Assembly: GCA_035084275.1 (NCBI GenBank)
Contig: CM068768.1
Span: 2,914,001 to 2,978,000 of the forward strand
Reading direction: 5' to 3'
DNA from: Hydrolagus colliei
Lineage: Eukaryota
Length of the DNA stretch: 64,000 nt
The notes below the pieces were generated by a model. It was not told the DNA's origin. It saw nothing but the letters and a program-made list of their open reading frames with translations, and made no database searches. Positions 10,393 through 24,005 of this stretch are shown in pieces (the stretch's first letter is position 1; the number at the start of each line of letters is the position of its first letter). The translations under genes were made by a program, and so were the position numbers.

Positions 10393-13382
10393 TGACTTTT
10401 GTTTGAATAATTTATTAATCTGCGTTTCCAGCGCCAATATCAATCTTGTAATTCCTTATTTAAAAATCAGATTACTTAAAAAATATTCGATCAGATTTTT
10501 GTGCGTCAAAATTTGTTATGTGGCTTGCAGTTATGTAAACGTGTTTTATTTCGGCAATTTGGTGAACAATGTTTGACCTTGTATGTGATGCTCTGGCGCA
10601 AACTGTAATTAAACGTTGCAATGTATCAACTTGATGATTTGTACTTTGCATTTTGAGTTCAACGATTTATTCAGCCACCTCTGCTCACCGCTATATTATC
10701 CAGCGACCTCTGCTATATTTGCAACAAGGATTTTTAAAATAATAATTCTGATGAATTAGCAGGTTTTTATATACTGGATAATTTGGAGGTAATGGAATTG
10801 TTTCCCAAATGGAACGTTTTTTTCGGAATTAAGATACCTTGACCTTCATAGGGAGACAGTGGGGGTGGGAGAGGTTGAAGCTCGATAAGACTTGAGGTCA
10901 GAATGTTACCCTTATTCGCTTGCAAAAATCGAAGTGAAGCTATGGTTTCTTCAGATTAACATTTTAGATAGCACATAGTAACATTATCAACCCTCTGCGT
11001 ATGACATTTGTTCAAATGAAACCACTGGGTGACGTACTTATATACACATGATCATTTAAAGAATCCCCAACATTTTTTAGGGCGTTGACGAGCAGTGTTT
11101 CACTGTGTCTGCCTCCTTTTTTAGGGGCATTCGGGGTTCGTAACTGTTAAGAACTTTAGGCTATAGTTCATGGATTGACTGTTATTAAACTACCTGCGGT
11201 GTGTGGAAAGTGAATGAAACAATTCGGAAGCAAGGCTCTGTTTCATGCCTTCGAGATAGCGATAGAAAGGTACAGCAATTCATCCAAACATGTCGTAGCA
11301 TCTTCAACATGTGGAGAATCTGAATGTATTTGCTAATTTAAACCGATGGAGAACGTATTGAGAAGACAATTTGCTTGTTAATTCATTGTTATTCACATTT
11401 TCAGGAAAGACATAGCTGATGATAGAATATTATTAAAACCTGCTACTTTCTATTCATTCGGCTGCAGATTGAGAAGTATATATTGCAGATAATTCTTTGT
11501 TTCGATGTGACAACTTTGGATTGGCGTGGTGTAGTGTATTGTTATTCGTAAAAAGGAATCATCCCTTTTCTTGCTCAAAGCCTTAAAGATTCTCAAATTA
11601 TCATTTTAAACCGTGAGAAGTACAAATTGTGTCGCTGCAGATTGTAAATATCGAACTGTCCTCCTCCGAATTCCGATAATTTTTAACTGAATGTTATTTA
11701 TTGAGTTGCCAATCGTTTCCAAGCCAGTCGAAAGGGAAAGTAAGCGCATACTCTATTCGGGAAAGGCAATTCACAAACTATGAAGGGATAGCCTTTAAAC
11801 GTTTTTATAAATTTAGATAAAGACTATATTATTTTAGTTGCTGCTGAAGTGGTTGGTTTATTGTTTTATTTACCGTTTGTGTAAGAAAATTGAGTTTTCA
11901 AAATGCAGTATTTGGTTCCATTATCTCCAGTCTATGGTGGGTAGAGAATAGTCCAACAAAATCATCTGAACTTTATAGATTTATTAGAAAACAGCCCCAA
12001 ACTTGGACTTATTCGTATTGAAACAGAAAATAATAACGCTTCTACGTCTAACGCGCAAGAGATGAATTTGTAGTGTGTGTTTGTATAATCTTGCTCACTA
12101 TGTTATTCATTTATACAATGAGAGATGGATGATTTTTTTTAAGAAATAAGCCAATTCTTGCCATTATCTTAATTGTAATTATGATCCTTTGCGGCAAATA
12201 ATATATTATACCTTTTTTTTGCACACACAGATCAAACATATTCTCTGCACAGAAATGTAAATATACCAATTTTCACGTGTATAGATATACATTCTCACAT
12301 ATACATATCTACAGCCATATACGCGTACAGTCTGAAATATACAATCCAGGGTTGTATAGACTGTGTGACCTCTATCAAGATATTTCACCAATATTCCATT
12401 TGCAGCGAGATCTGGTGTCTTAACATGAACCAGAGAGTAATGTTTGGGTGTGGTTTCTGTGAGAGAGTTATGGCTGAGATTGCTAGTGCTGTGTATGTTG
12501 GTATCCTGGGAAGCAGTGAATCTCCATTTATTGGGCCGCCAAGAAGCCGTATTTCAAATGTGTCCGAAACTGAACCCAACACTTTAAAAAAAAATCTTCC
12601 TTTAAGCGTTGCAATCGTTTTGTAAAAGCGCCATAAATTAGTAGTGTGGGTTTGTTTCTGTGTAGTTTCTGCCACATTTATTATATCAAATCTGATTTAA
12701 ATATCCTAGAATTACATATGGGTCATTTCGCACGAAGGAGCCACCAGGATTTTACCCACACAGCAAGTTCATTTATAACCTAAGTAGCTATTGATTGTTG
12801 CTACCATTCTTGCAGATTCTCCGGGTAAGTTGTGAAACGTGTGGCTGTAAATCGAATCGAATGGATTGAACTGTTTCAATTCAAAACAGGATCACTCATT
12901 GTAACATTTGTAATGCAAGCATTGTTGTCATGTATCACCTATATTCTAAAATATATTGAATGATAATTGGGCGCTTTGCATCAAATGCAACCATTTATTA
13001 ACGTACATCTCCAAACTATGGATTATTGAGTACATCATATTGTTCTTTAAAACACTAACATATCTATTTTAACTCCATCTAAAGCAGCCGCCCTTTAATA
13101 AAGAGTCCGAAAAGCACAATTTTTTTCATGGTGAAATACAATTAATTACTATGGATTCGTTAAATAGAGATCAAACGTTATCATTGAATTTGGATAACCC
13201 GGTTATTTTGTTTGAATAATTCTCGTAAGATACAATGTAAAAAAACCCCGCAATTATTCACAGCTATTTGTTTCAATGCGCAGAGTATGCTTTCCACAAT
13301 GTTATACATGCAGCTGTAATAAAATAAAAATGTGTCCGCTTTTAATATATAATACTTGAAATATGCAAATTATATACAAATT

Positions 13383-13407
13383 CGCGCGCGCGCGCGTGTG
13401 TGTGTGT
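13383..13407. repeat. (CG)n(TG)n alternating purine-pyrimidine tract
   Basis: CGCGCGCGCGCGCGTGTGTGTGTGT; Z-DNA-prone composition. Confidence 0.85.
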
Positions 13408-13996
13408 AGGTAGGTTCAGATATGAATATTTGGTCAATAATTATATACATAAACTCCTTCAGATCATATACATTGGTTTCTTGTTTATCTGGGGGATAGC
13501 AAGCAATTTGCTAAATATATTTCTACTCATGGAAAATAGTTGAGTACCTTATTGATTCCTTCTCTTTCTAAAGATTGGAGGTGATTTAGTAAACCTCATA
13601 TATAGATGTACTGAATGCCCCACCCCCAACACATACAGGCGACACATACACACAAGTCCATATACGTGCAAAATGAAGCACATACATACAGACAGACATC
13701 GCTTTGTTTCTCTTCTGAGCTGAAAATCATTTTCTCGTGGGCCTCGTAATTGAGCAGAAGACAGAAAACAGAAAATCTCAGACTATTTTCACCCATGCAA
13801 CCGACCAGACATTATACGCAGAATTCTTACTGTTCTGGGAGAGAAATGTATCTTCAGAGCATGCCCTCCCCCATGTGATAGTTTCTCCCTTTGCCTTTCT
13901 CAAATATCATCCAGTTTTGAAATGTTATGAAGGCAAGCATATCGAATTCCTTTCGTTTGAGAACATGCATTTTTTGCCCTGGGAGTGGGAGTGTGT

Positions 13997-14040
13997 GGGG
14001 GATGGTGGGGGGGGGGGGGGGGGGGGAGGGGGGGGGGGGG
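13997..14040 (+). repeat. Poly-G tract
   Basis: Direct reading; exact length may be affected by sequencing error. Confidence 0.85.
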
Positions 14041-15578
14041 TGTTGGTAGAGAAGGGGGAATCTCAAATCCCATTTACACCCTAATCCGATAATCGCAAAG
14101 CAGATGCTTACCGAGCTCTGGCCACGGATCCAACTCAGAGGCCTTTGTATTATTGCTATTTGGAGCACTGGAAATATGATCTGACATTGCGACTCAGCTT
14201 TAGCCAGGAAAGAATTTCATCCAGGATGAAAACAACCGTTTCACAAAATCTGCAGTTCGTTAGCCGTCAATAAAAACTTCCTTTCTGTCATTCAAGATTT
14301 AATCTTTCTTGAAATATATAAAATCCACAACATGGAAAATCCCGTGCAGATGATTAATTGATAAAATGTTTTAGCACAAGTATGTATCCACAATTGTCAC
14401 AGAAGGAAAGGTAAGTTGTTGACCACGCATCAATTTAACGTTAGTTCAAGTTAAATAATATTTGTAGAATATGCAAGCAATTATTCTGTAAATACAAGGT
14501 ACATTGGGATCACTATCTTCCTGGGATTTTAGGAGAAAATATGTATTGTGTATTGTATTTATCGGTTCTTGGAGCTCGAATACTTATTCTGAATGAAATC
14601 AACAATTTAACTGCGTATTTCCTGTGAACCCATTTATCACCAAGCGTGTAAGTGCGCTTTACACATTAATAACCCAGGTCAGTATATTCATAGACATAGC
14701 GGTTGATATTTTTTTGCGTGTTTCACCGAAACAAATCAACGATAAAGTATGGCAAGTAAACTTGACCACTTGTTGTGAGAAAGCGAATAATGAGGGATTG
14801 TGAATGAACATGGGGCAAAAAGAATGAAAATATCATTTTAAAAAATCAATAATTCTCATGCTAAAAGAATAACAAGCTATTGAGAAGCATTTAGCACAAT
14901 TAGATGTTTGGTTATTTAGTTTGAACACTCTACAATGTAAAAAAAATCTGTTGAATATATATTCACTGAATGCAAACATGGGTTATATTTCAAAAGTTAT
15001 GAGCTAGATTGAGATGGATAACATTAAATACTTCTAAAAGGAAACTTTTACTGTTAGTTAACCACGACATTATTCTGATTGAAAATTAAAACTACATGTT
15101 AATTGCTATTAAATAAATTATATATTTATAACACTTAGGATGTTAAAATATGGGGTGTTAGAAACTGCAACCATTCCAATGCAAGACAAGTGATACTTTG
15201 ATTAATGAATGGACATTATAGCCTTCAGAATCCTCACTCACTTTCCTCATGGAAAAGGCTCCTGGTATTTGGATATTTTCTTGTTCAGTTCGCCATGAAA
15301 CGGAATTAGAGAGGAAAAAGCAGAGAACTCGTGTAGCTATTTACCGCTCGCCATTCTGTAAAATAAACTGCAAATTGTAACCTTGGTTTGATTTATTCGG
15401 ACACGCAAACATAAGCAGCGATGTTGCCCATTGAAACAATGATTTGCACGTGAAGAGAAAGGATGAAAGCTTGAGTCATATTAATAAAGCAGGATTGATA
15501 AGGTTATTCACAATAACTAGGTGTAAGTGAACATTGCCAATGCATCAATTTTCGACTCTTTTTCAAACCACCAAGATG

Positions 15579-15640
15579 TGGGCGGTTCAGCAGAGGCTGG
15601 CGCGGGTCTGATTGGCTGACTGACAGGAAGTTGTCCGCGA
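15579..15640 (+). promoter_or_regulatory. HoxB10 proximal promoter motifs
   Basis: GC box GGGCGG, inverted CCAAT (ATTGG 15611-15615), TGACAG and an ETS-like CAGGAAGT about 100 bp upstream of the ATG. Confidence 0.5.
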
Positions 15641-15714
15641 GTGCCTTTTGATGAGTGCTGGAGTAATGTCAGTTTGACAATAATCTTTTTCCTCGGCCAA
15701 ATTTAGCTCCAGCT

Positions 15715-16444
15715 ATGTCATGTTCCGAGAATTCTGCTTCCAGCTCGTTTTCAGTGAGCTCCTTGATTTGCCCCAACCGACCGGAACCTTACTGTTCTGG
15801 GGGCTATTTGCCCTTCAGATCGGAGCAGAGCCACGGGTTACAGAATTGGCAAGTTGGCGTTGCACAGCGTAAACAGGGTGGGATGAATCAGCAGCAAGGT
15901 ATAGGCTTGGCTCCACACCACTACGTGCCAGCGATGGTAGGCTGGGTAAATCAGCCACCCCCCAGCCAGCCAGACCGACTCCAACAGACGACTAGCTGTT
16001 CTTTCGCGCCCAGCGTTAAGGAGGAAGGGAACTATTGCTTGTTAGATGGAGACAAACACCCGAAGACGCCACCAAGCGTTTCTTCTTACCCGAGGTTGTC
16101 GGAAATTTGCTCTGGTGACAGTGGTAGAGTTTCTGTACCAAGGTATTTCCGTCCCAACGCAACCTACGCATCAAACAAGCCCACGGATTACAACCCTCTG
16201 CAGCCGCTCGCTGCGCAGTGCTCGGTTCAATCCAGCAGTTGCTTCAACCCCCCCTTCGCCGCGCCACCAACATTATCCTCTTCAAAACCAGGTGGGAAGG
16301 ACACAAGCGTGACGGTTTCGAGCGATCCGGGCCACGAAGAACCCGCAAAGAATGGAGACGAACGGGAGCCCCACTTCGCAGAAGATGCGTCGCCTTTGCG
16401 GTTTGTTGACGTCGACAAAACTATTTCAGAGAAAGAAGTAAAAG
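15715..16444 (+). CDS. HOXB10: Homeobox protein Hox-B10, exon 1
   Basis: MSCSENSASSSFSVSSLI and SCSFAPSVKEE..YCL are PG10 motifs. Donor AAAG|GTGAGT, phase 1 (730 nt). Confidence 0.92.
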
Positions 16445-17244
16445 GTGAGTAAAATGAGGAAGAGAGGAAGACAAGCGATTACACGGTAATTGCAGTAATA
16501 ACAAGGCTGCAATAGGGTGAATGTAGTCAGGCGTCCCAATGAATTGTCTTTGTCTTCAGCACAAGGATCCCAATGTTCAAATTATTACCTGAGGTAATTT
16601 ATAGTACTGGCCCATTCGTCAGGGTAAGCTACAACCTAATTTAAACGACTCTTTAAAAGATCAAAACCGCGGAGTGTTTCTGTTCTGAATGTGACTGATT
16701 TCTCGACATTAGAGGCTGCCATAAAAGCCCCCAATATAAACAACCCACCTAGGCAAAAAGAAAGGTCATTCATAATGCATACGTGTTTGAAAAGAGAACT
16801 TCAAAGTACATTTTATCATATGAAAGTTAAGGTATCAAGCAAAAGCAGCTTCAGAGATAGTGGCACGTAAAGAATATGTATCATATCTATCTAAGCGCGA
16901 AAATAATATCATTATGTATGTAGAGCATATCTGAATACAAATTCAATGTAATTTAATTTTCAGGCTGTATAAGGTTACATGTATATCGCACACGAAACAT
17001 ACATGTATGTGAGTGTAATTAAATGGCTATTTATCTAAAATACTAAGCGTTTGTTTTAGAGTTAGGTCGTTTGGTAAAGAAAATAGTGAAAATAGGCAGC
17101 AATATTTCAATGGCCATTGGTATTGTGGTCTGTGGAGGCTAACAATGTTCCTCGAACATGTCTCAGGCACGGAATTGTCCCAAGTTCATCAGTTGACGCA
17201 TGTATAAAAACAGAGCCGAACCCCCAGGAAAAAAAATAAGTCGT

Positions 17245-17370
17245 TCACTTCATGGTTATGTGGGACATTGGTGTTCGCAAGTTGAGTGTCGCGTTCGCCC
17301 ACAATCTCACAGTTACTACACTTTACAGTAGATCATTTGAAGCACTTTGGGTGTCTTCCCGACGTATAAG
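17245..17370 (+). mobile_element. Degraded SINE in the HoxB10 intron
   Basis: TGTGGGACATTGGTGTTCGCAAGTTGAGTGTCGCGTT...TGAAGCACTTTGGG resembles the reverse complement of the 24960-25040 copy. Confidence 0.5.
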
Positions 17371-18958
17371 GATTTTTCGTATATTCCAAAAATTGCATCA
17401 ATGAATTCCGCATCTTCAGAATACTGAATGTAATTTATTTAAATCCTGTAATATTTACACGATCTATGTTTGTTACTAAGAGCTCTGTTAAGGCACCGAA
17501 TGAAAATCGTGTTTTGTTGAAGCTGAAAATTATTTGCTACGTTATTCCTTTGCACCTCGACACATAAAGTTAACCAAACAGTCAGAAGTGACATGGTAAA
17601 CTCAGTTAGTAGTCAAAAGTTCCAGTTAGGGAAAAATATTGCGTTTGTTAACTTTTTTTTAAGATAGACCAATTATTTAAAATATAATTTAAAAACTCAA
17701 AGTTTCAATGTTATGTTTTAAAAGTTGTTTCAAGAATGTATTGAAATTTTGCTCATGCAACAAGTCATCAATATTTTAGATACATGCATAAGATATATTA
17801 AAGGTACGAATTAAGGCAATTAAAAAAATACAATATCCATTTAAGGTATCATTGTTGTATTGCAATAGAAATAGGATGACAATTTCGTTCCCTATTCATG
17901 AAAATATGCAAACATATTTTCCTTGGTGATTCTGCCTTGGTGATTAGGAAGAAAATAAAAATGCCTCGTGTTTAAAGATGTTTAAAGAGGACATTCATAA
18001 TAAATATTCCCCGAGTGAAATATTCATATTTTTTGTAAGAGAAAATCGAATGCTTTTTGCATTCCAAACGCTGTTTTACTATGAACTGCATCGATCCCTT
18101 ATTCGAATGGTACCGATACTAAATCAGATTCAGATTCACTTCATCGCAATTCCAGGTTAAAAATTATTGGATCTATGGGCTATATCAGATGGTTAAATAG
18201 ATGGGGGAGGACTGAGTCCCTCACATTTATACTGCAATTTCTGGTTTGCATTCTCCAAAGTGTGTATATACTAACTTATCATTTACTGTTTGGCGTGAAG
18301 ACATTTCTCATGCAATACCAAATGCCTTTTCAAACACATATGATTCAACATATTTTAAAGCAATACAAAACAACGATTACTCAATTGATCATTAGCAAGC
18401 TTTGTAAAGGTGCATGTTTGATTCATGTTTTATTGTTCAAACTAAGCCACGAAGTCGTTTTTGGTCGCTTATTTCTTTCCAAACTTGCTGCTCTTCATTT
18501 GGCCTTCTTTTGCCATTTGCTGCATTTGAAAAAGGCCACATGCCATTGATCTAAGAAGTTGCATAGTTAAATTGCAAAAACGAAACCAAGAATGTTAGCA
18601 AATACACAAATACACAAATTATCAGTGTGGATAGAATTCAAACAGTATCAGAGAAATTTATTTCTTTCCTTTCCTCGAAAGATTAGAGACCAAAATGAAA
18701 GAGAGTGTAACCAGGAAATGCATGGCAAGTATGACCTTACAGACACAATATTAATTTGAGGACCACAATACTTTCCTTGTACTGTTTGCGACTATATTTT
18801 CTAGGTAGGAATGTGAACTGGTATTAAAATACTGTTTATTAGCTGGTACATACAGTAATAATTGTGAATCTTTATTGGTTAAAATCACTGAAATATTATT
18901 ATCAGATTTAATTTGATACAGAGGGTCTCGTAATGCTATACTTACTGTAATGACTTTG

Positions 18959-19006
18959 GAATTTGGTTTCCCGCTAACCAGAACAGAATTTGGTTTCCCG
19001 CTAACC
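18959..19006. repeat. Perfect 21-bp direct repeat, period 27
   Basis: GAATTTGGTTTCCCGCTAACC at 18959-18979 and 18986-19006. Confidence 0.95.
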
Positions 19007-20887
19007 GAGCAGGAGTATTATTATGATGTAGAATCATACAGTTATACAGCTAGTCCTTGTTTTCTCTGCTTGAGCAAACTAATCAAGACTTATACTTCGC
19101 TCCTTGCGTCCTTTAAAAAAAATATTAATTTTATTGTTTCTATAAACAAAACAGTATTGGTTTTGTGATTCAATGGTAACAAGTGAAAACATTCAATTAG
19201 TTTTCAGGTTTAAGGCACTGTAGTGGACATATCACTAGATCACAACATATCACCTTTGCGCAATAAGGATCGATTTTTAAGATGACGTTTACGAAGAATC
19301 TGGAATGGATTGTTTGCTTGGGTAAACATAGAACATTTGCATTATTTCTTTATTTCTTCTCAAAATGTTAAACGTTCCTCCTGTTGAAACTGCAATTCAA
19401 ATACATTACAATAATCAGATCCATTATTTTTCATCCTAACCGTTATTATATCCAGTCAATTTTCACCTAAACCGAGCAATGAAAGTTTATTTGAAACGTA
19501 ACCATAAAACCTTCACAGAAGACTGGTTAATAGACATTGAATTATAATCCTGAGATTTTGTTTTCACTCTATTTACAAGCCTCTCCGATTTTCAGAAAAT
19601 TTGTGTTTTTACTTGCAAACAAAGACATAGTTTTTTTTAGCGCATTTACAAAAACGAATTCGGTGTATTACCTTAGTTGAGCAACTTTTCGCGCCCATTT
19701 GTGACAACTCCTTTGGCAATTAACAAACAATCGCTGTGTAAGTCTGATACTTTGCGGCGAGACAGTTCCTGCAGCTTCCTGTGTGCATCAGTCGTTAAAT
19801 ACAGAGACTTCAATCTGACCATCTAACTTTCCATTAAAAGATGAATAAATGAGTGTAAGAGGTGGTGGGAGAGGGTGGGGTGTGGGGGGGGGGGGGGGGG
19901 GGGGTGTTATTTGGAACTATCGATACTTTACAAATTGAAAAACGAGCAGCTGGAAGTAAGAAGATGAGGAATTCCCCCAAAGGAAACAGTTCCAAGTATC
20001 CGAGTGCTTGCCATTTCAAAACGACATTATTCCATCCATGTATAAATCATAACCTCCGCACAATTCAGTGCATGAACTCCTTATTGTGTGCATGGAGGAA
20101 AAGAACCTTCCCACTAACAACTGTCGCGTGATCGACAACTCACAGTGTAGAAAAGCTATTTGGTAATGCATCCATCCAGTTAGAAAAGGGGGTGACATGA
20201 TTGTCCAATGGATATTAGTCACTAAAGGAATAATGCTTGTCAATGTGGTCTCGCTGATAAATACAGCTTCGATATCAATTAGTTTAGGTTTATTTTATGC
20301 GCGCACGCACACATATATATAATACTAACGCCCTGCTTTTGTTAGGCTGCATGGGCCGCGTGTGAAGGAACATGTACAATGATTCCGGCACGTTCTGTCC
20401 ATTCACTTCACTTGGAGGGCTGTTGTCATAGGGCTATATACAAAGGCTCTCTCTCATTGATATTTTATTGCAATAGATTTCATCTCAGTAACTTTTAATG
20501 TACAGTACTGTAGGTACACTGACTTGATGTATTTTGAAAACATTTCGAGTTAAGTTCAAAGTATACAACTTTTGGCCCTGTCGCAACAGAATTCTCTCCT
20601 CCCCGCACCCCAGTCCCCAACACACACACACACACACACACACTCCCCTGGACCAAACCAACTGTGTGATTGAAAAATAAAAATAGGTTCCACTGATTTG
20701 ATGTTCAGCACCTTGTAGTTTTGAAACAGGAAGAATCGCGGATGGTTCACGCTAATTGACCCTTCTCTCCCCCTCCTCAAACGAGAGACCCTTTTGAATC
20801 TCGGGTCACGATGCTGTTGGGGTTAAATAAAGAAAGAACACTCTTATTCGGCAGTCCATTTGACAATTTGTTTTTCCCGATTGACAG

Positions 20888-21159
20888 AACACACAAAGAC
20901 GGAGAATGCGACAAACTGGCTGACTCCGAAGGGCGGGAGGAAGAAGCGTTGCCCATACACTAAACACCAGACCCTGGAGCTGGAAAAGGAATTTCTCTTT
21001 AACATGTATTTGACTCGAGAGCGCCGACTGGAGATCAGCCGGGGCGTGAATCTGTCTGACCGGCAAGTCAAAATCTGGTTTCAAAACAGAAGAATGAAGC
21101 TGAAAAAGATGAGCAGGGAAAATAGAATTCGAGAAATGCCAACCAATTTCCCCATTTGA
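20888..21159 (+). CDS. HOXB10: Homeobox protein Hox-B10, exon 2 (homeodomain); spliced protein 333 aa
   Basis: Acceptor TTGACAG|[44 protein letters not shown]...RENRIRE is PG10; the HoxB assignment follows from the neighbouring genes. Confidence 0.95.
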
Positions 21160-23894
21160 TTAGCACTTATTAATCGATAGTAGATACAACCACGTCTTTT
21201 TTTTCAGAAGTCTAGACTCCAAAACAATATTGACAGGCCGGGGGTAATAGTGGGGTGGAGCTGCAAGTTCACAAGTCTAGTCTCTAAAACAACATTGAGC
21301 CAGCGGGGTGTTAGGGAGTGGGGGAGGGTGAGGGGGAAAGGAACAAGATGGAGTCCAGAGTTTGCAAGTTCAGAATGACTCAACCTCAACCTTTTGGACA
21401 TGCTTGTTAACTTCACATGAAGATGAAAACTGACAGAATCTCCCGAAACCGTGCAAAAGTGCCATCGGTGAAATGAATTAATTTAGCGACACTAACTAAT
21501 CATAAGCAAAATAACCGAAAAAAAATGAAAACAAATATTTACCTCGGATGATACTTTCATCGTTCTCCTTTGTGGAATTCGGTTTGAATTGCATCTGATG
21601 AAAATGGGTGCATAGTTGGTGTCACACGTGTATTTTACGCTTAAAAATATAACCGTTTTTAAATCTACGACTTGAGTTTATGCCGGGACAATAGAGCAAT
21701 TTTCATACTTAGTTTACATCCTAGAGTAAGCCATTTGTGCACCTATTATTTCCTCTAACAATGTCTTTTTTTTGGCATTTACTTGCTACCAAAAGTAACC
21801 TAACCGGACAGGAAACAATTCAAACAACCATGTTTGTCATAAATGCGGTGAGCATTGTACTCGACGTGGTGCAATTGGAGTAACGGGAATAAAATTGGAA
21901 GTATTTTTTGTCTGTGGAGAGATATCAGGGATAGATCCACCCCACTGTTTATTGAAGCAAATCCAAGTTTGCTCGTAAAACGGAAGACGATCTGATAAAG
22001 GGTAAAGAAAACCTTTTGTATAGTGTTTGTCCCTGGTTTTAATCTCCACCAGTAACTGCTAATTCTAGCTTCCTTCCTATTACAGATACCCTGCGAGTTG
22101 TTTTATCGTCCTTTTGTTACAAAGGTAACAAAACGTGAACATACTCTTTTGCTTCAATGCACGTTCAATGGGTATTGTTCTCCACACAGTGTTCAATCTA
22201 TGTGAACGACATTTTAGGAACCCCCCCTCCCAATTGTCGATATTACCTTTTCAGTATAGCCATAGTTCACTGGAACTGAGTTTACGAAAAAGTTGCCTTC
22301 AACAGGTTCAAAAACTGCATTTCTGGAGGTCAACAGATTTTTAGTTTGAATCTACTTAAAGTGAAAACCTGAGGTGTTTACTCCACTAAATATCAATGGA
22401 GACACCAACAGCTGTTGGATGCCTCTGGGATTTTTTAAATGAGGATTACAAATGTCAACTCGGATGACTAAATCTTAATGTGATGCCATGAAGGTGCAGG
22501 ATTTTGCTTAAACCAGTGATGTTTGTACGATGTGTTGATTAAAATCAGGTAATTGAAATCATTCGTCACCTGACATCAACACCCCCGGAACACTTATCCT
22601 GTGGTACACAATTTGCATAAACTGCCTATAAATACGAACTTTTTATGATTAAAACCTGCTGTTAATCTATACACCCTCCCACCCCTCCACCGCCCGCGCC
22701 TATGAATACCTCAAACGCTTCGTTCTACTTTGAAAAATATCCTTCACTTTGCAAAATGCTGGAGGACAACATCTTAGTGGGATCCAATTACACCCTGACC
22801 TCATCCACATGTTGCAGACTTAAGCGAATGATTTATTTTCGCCTTCTGATCCACGCAATAGTCCTAATGGCAGGATTTTTTTTTTATCAAGGCAGCACGA
22901 ACAGTGACAGAAAGCGGAATTAATGTGATATCAGTCACAGGATTGCAAACTGAGTGCACCAGCTGATTCGACTGATGAAAAAGAACATTTTCTAAAATAT
23001 GGAAGCTAATTGGGTGGTGGATGGGGCACAAAAATGTGAAAATAGCGGTCAAGTTAAACCCCAGTTTGCCAAACAAGCGAGAATACAATTTATACCTCTT
23101 ACAGCAACATTTCACCTGGAGTAGATATTGTATATTAATTAAATTGTCTTTGTACTTAGTAATCACGTGTCGTGTTACATGTTTCTCAAAATATCTAAAG
23201 TTTATTAAATTTTCATCGTTTCTTCCTTACTTTGCCTTGTTCTGTGCCCATTTAGGGAGATGTTTGTTACACTAGATGTTAGAATTTCGATAAATGTAAG
23301 AAAAAGTCATATTTATTTTTAAAGAAACAAACCAAAGACTATTTACTGGTTTTCTCGTCATTTCTTGTTCACTGCTATGACACTAAACTAACCACAAAAC
23401 CCCCATCGTTTGAAGTAACACAATGTAAATAGTGGACAACGATATTCTGACTGTGATTCCACCAATAACTGTTTAACTTAAAATATTTTCATTTTCCATT
23501 GTGTATTAAATGTTTTATATGGCATGTTACAGTATTTTTTACGGCTAAAAGTCGTTGTATTAATTCGTTAGCCTTGTTGTAGGGCTCTGTTAAATCCAGA
23601 TTTTAAATAAATAAAGATAAGTTCTAATTGTTTGGACTTCCATTATTTTTTTCTCCCCTCCTCGCAAAATTCTAAACGTTCATTAGGATCATTCACTCTG
23701 TGTTGATTCTTCCTCGGGGTCTGGCTCGTGGACATCACGGAAGATGGTTGGTCGATTTTGAACCCGTGAAATTGACCTGAAATGGACAAGTTGATGGGTA
23801 AAAAGAGAGCGAGAGAGAGGAAAAGAAAGGGAGAATATACAAGCTTCGTGTCTCAAAGAAAAAAGCCTGTGGTTTAAATTTATTTGATATCCGG

Positions 23895-24005
23895 TGTGGG
23901 TGATTTAAATACTATCTAGACAGTCGTAATTTGACTATGAGCAGTGGCGGTGTATTACGGTCGACCGCGTCTGCTTTTATAACATTTTATGGCTTGTAAA
24001 TATGT
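23895..24005. promoter_or_regulatory. Cluster of Hox/Cdx-type sites upstream of mir-196
   Basis: TGATTTAA, GTCGTAA, TTTTATAA and TTTTATGG within about 110 bp. Confidence 0.4.

Noticed and set aside
12254-12430. KCKYTNFH ... EIWCLN as another homeobox relic
   Set aside because: The spacing is wrong (151 vs 120 nt), the interior is low-complexity, and the PG11 homeobox is better explained at 8044-8330.
13737-14168. Poly-Gly and poly-Pro ORFs here and at 19834-20131, 43499-43781 and 55710-55910
   Set aside because: Translations of G/C homopolymer tracts.
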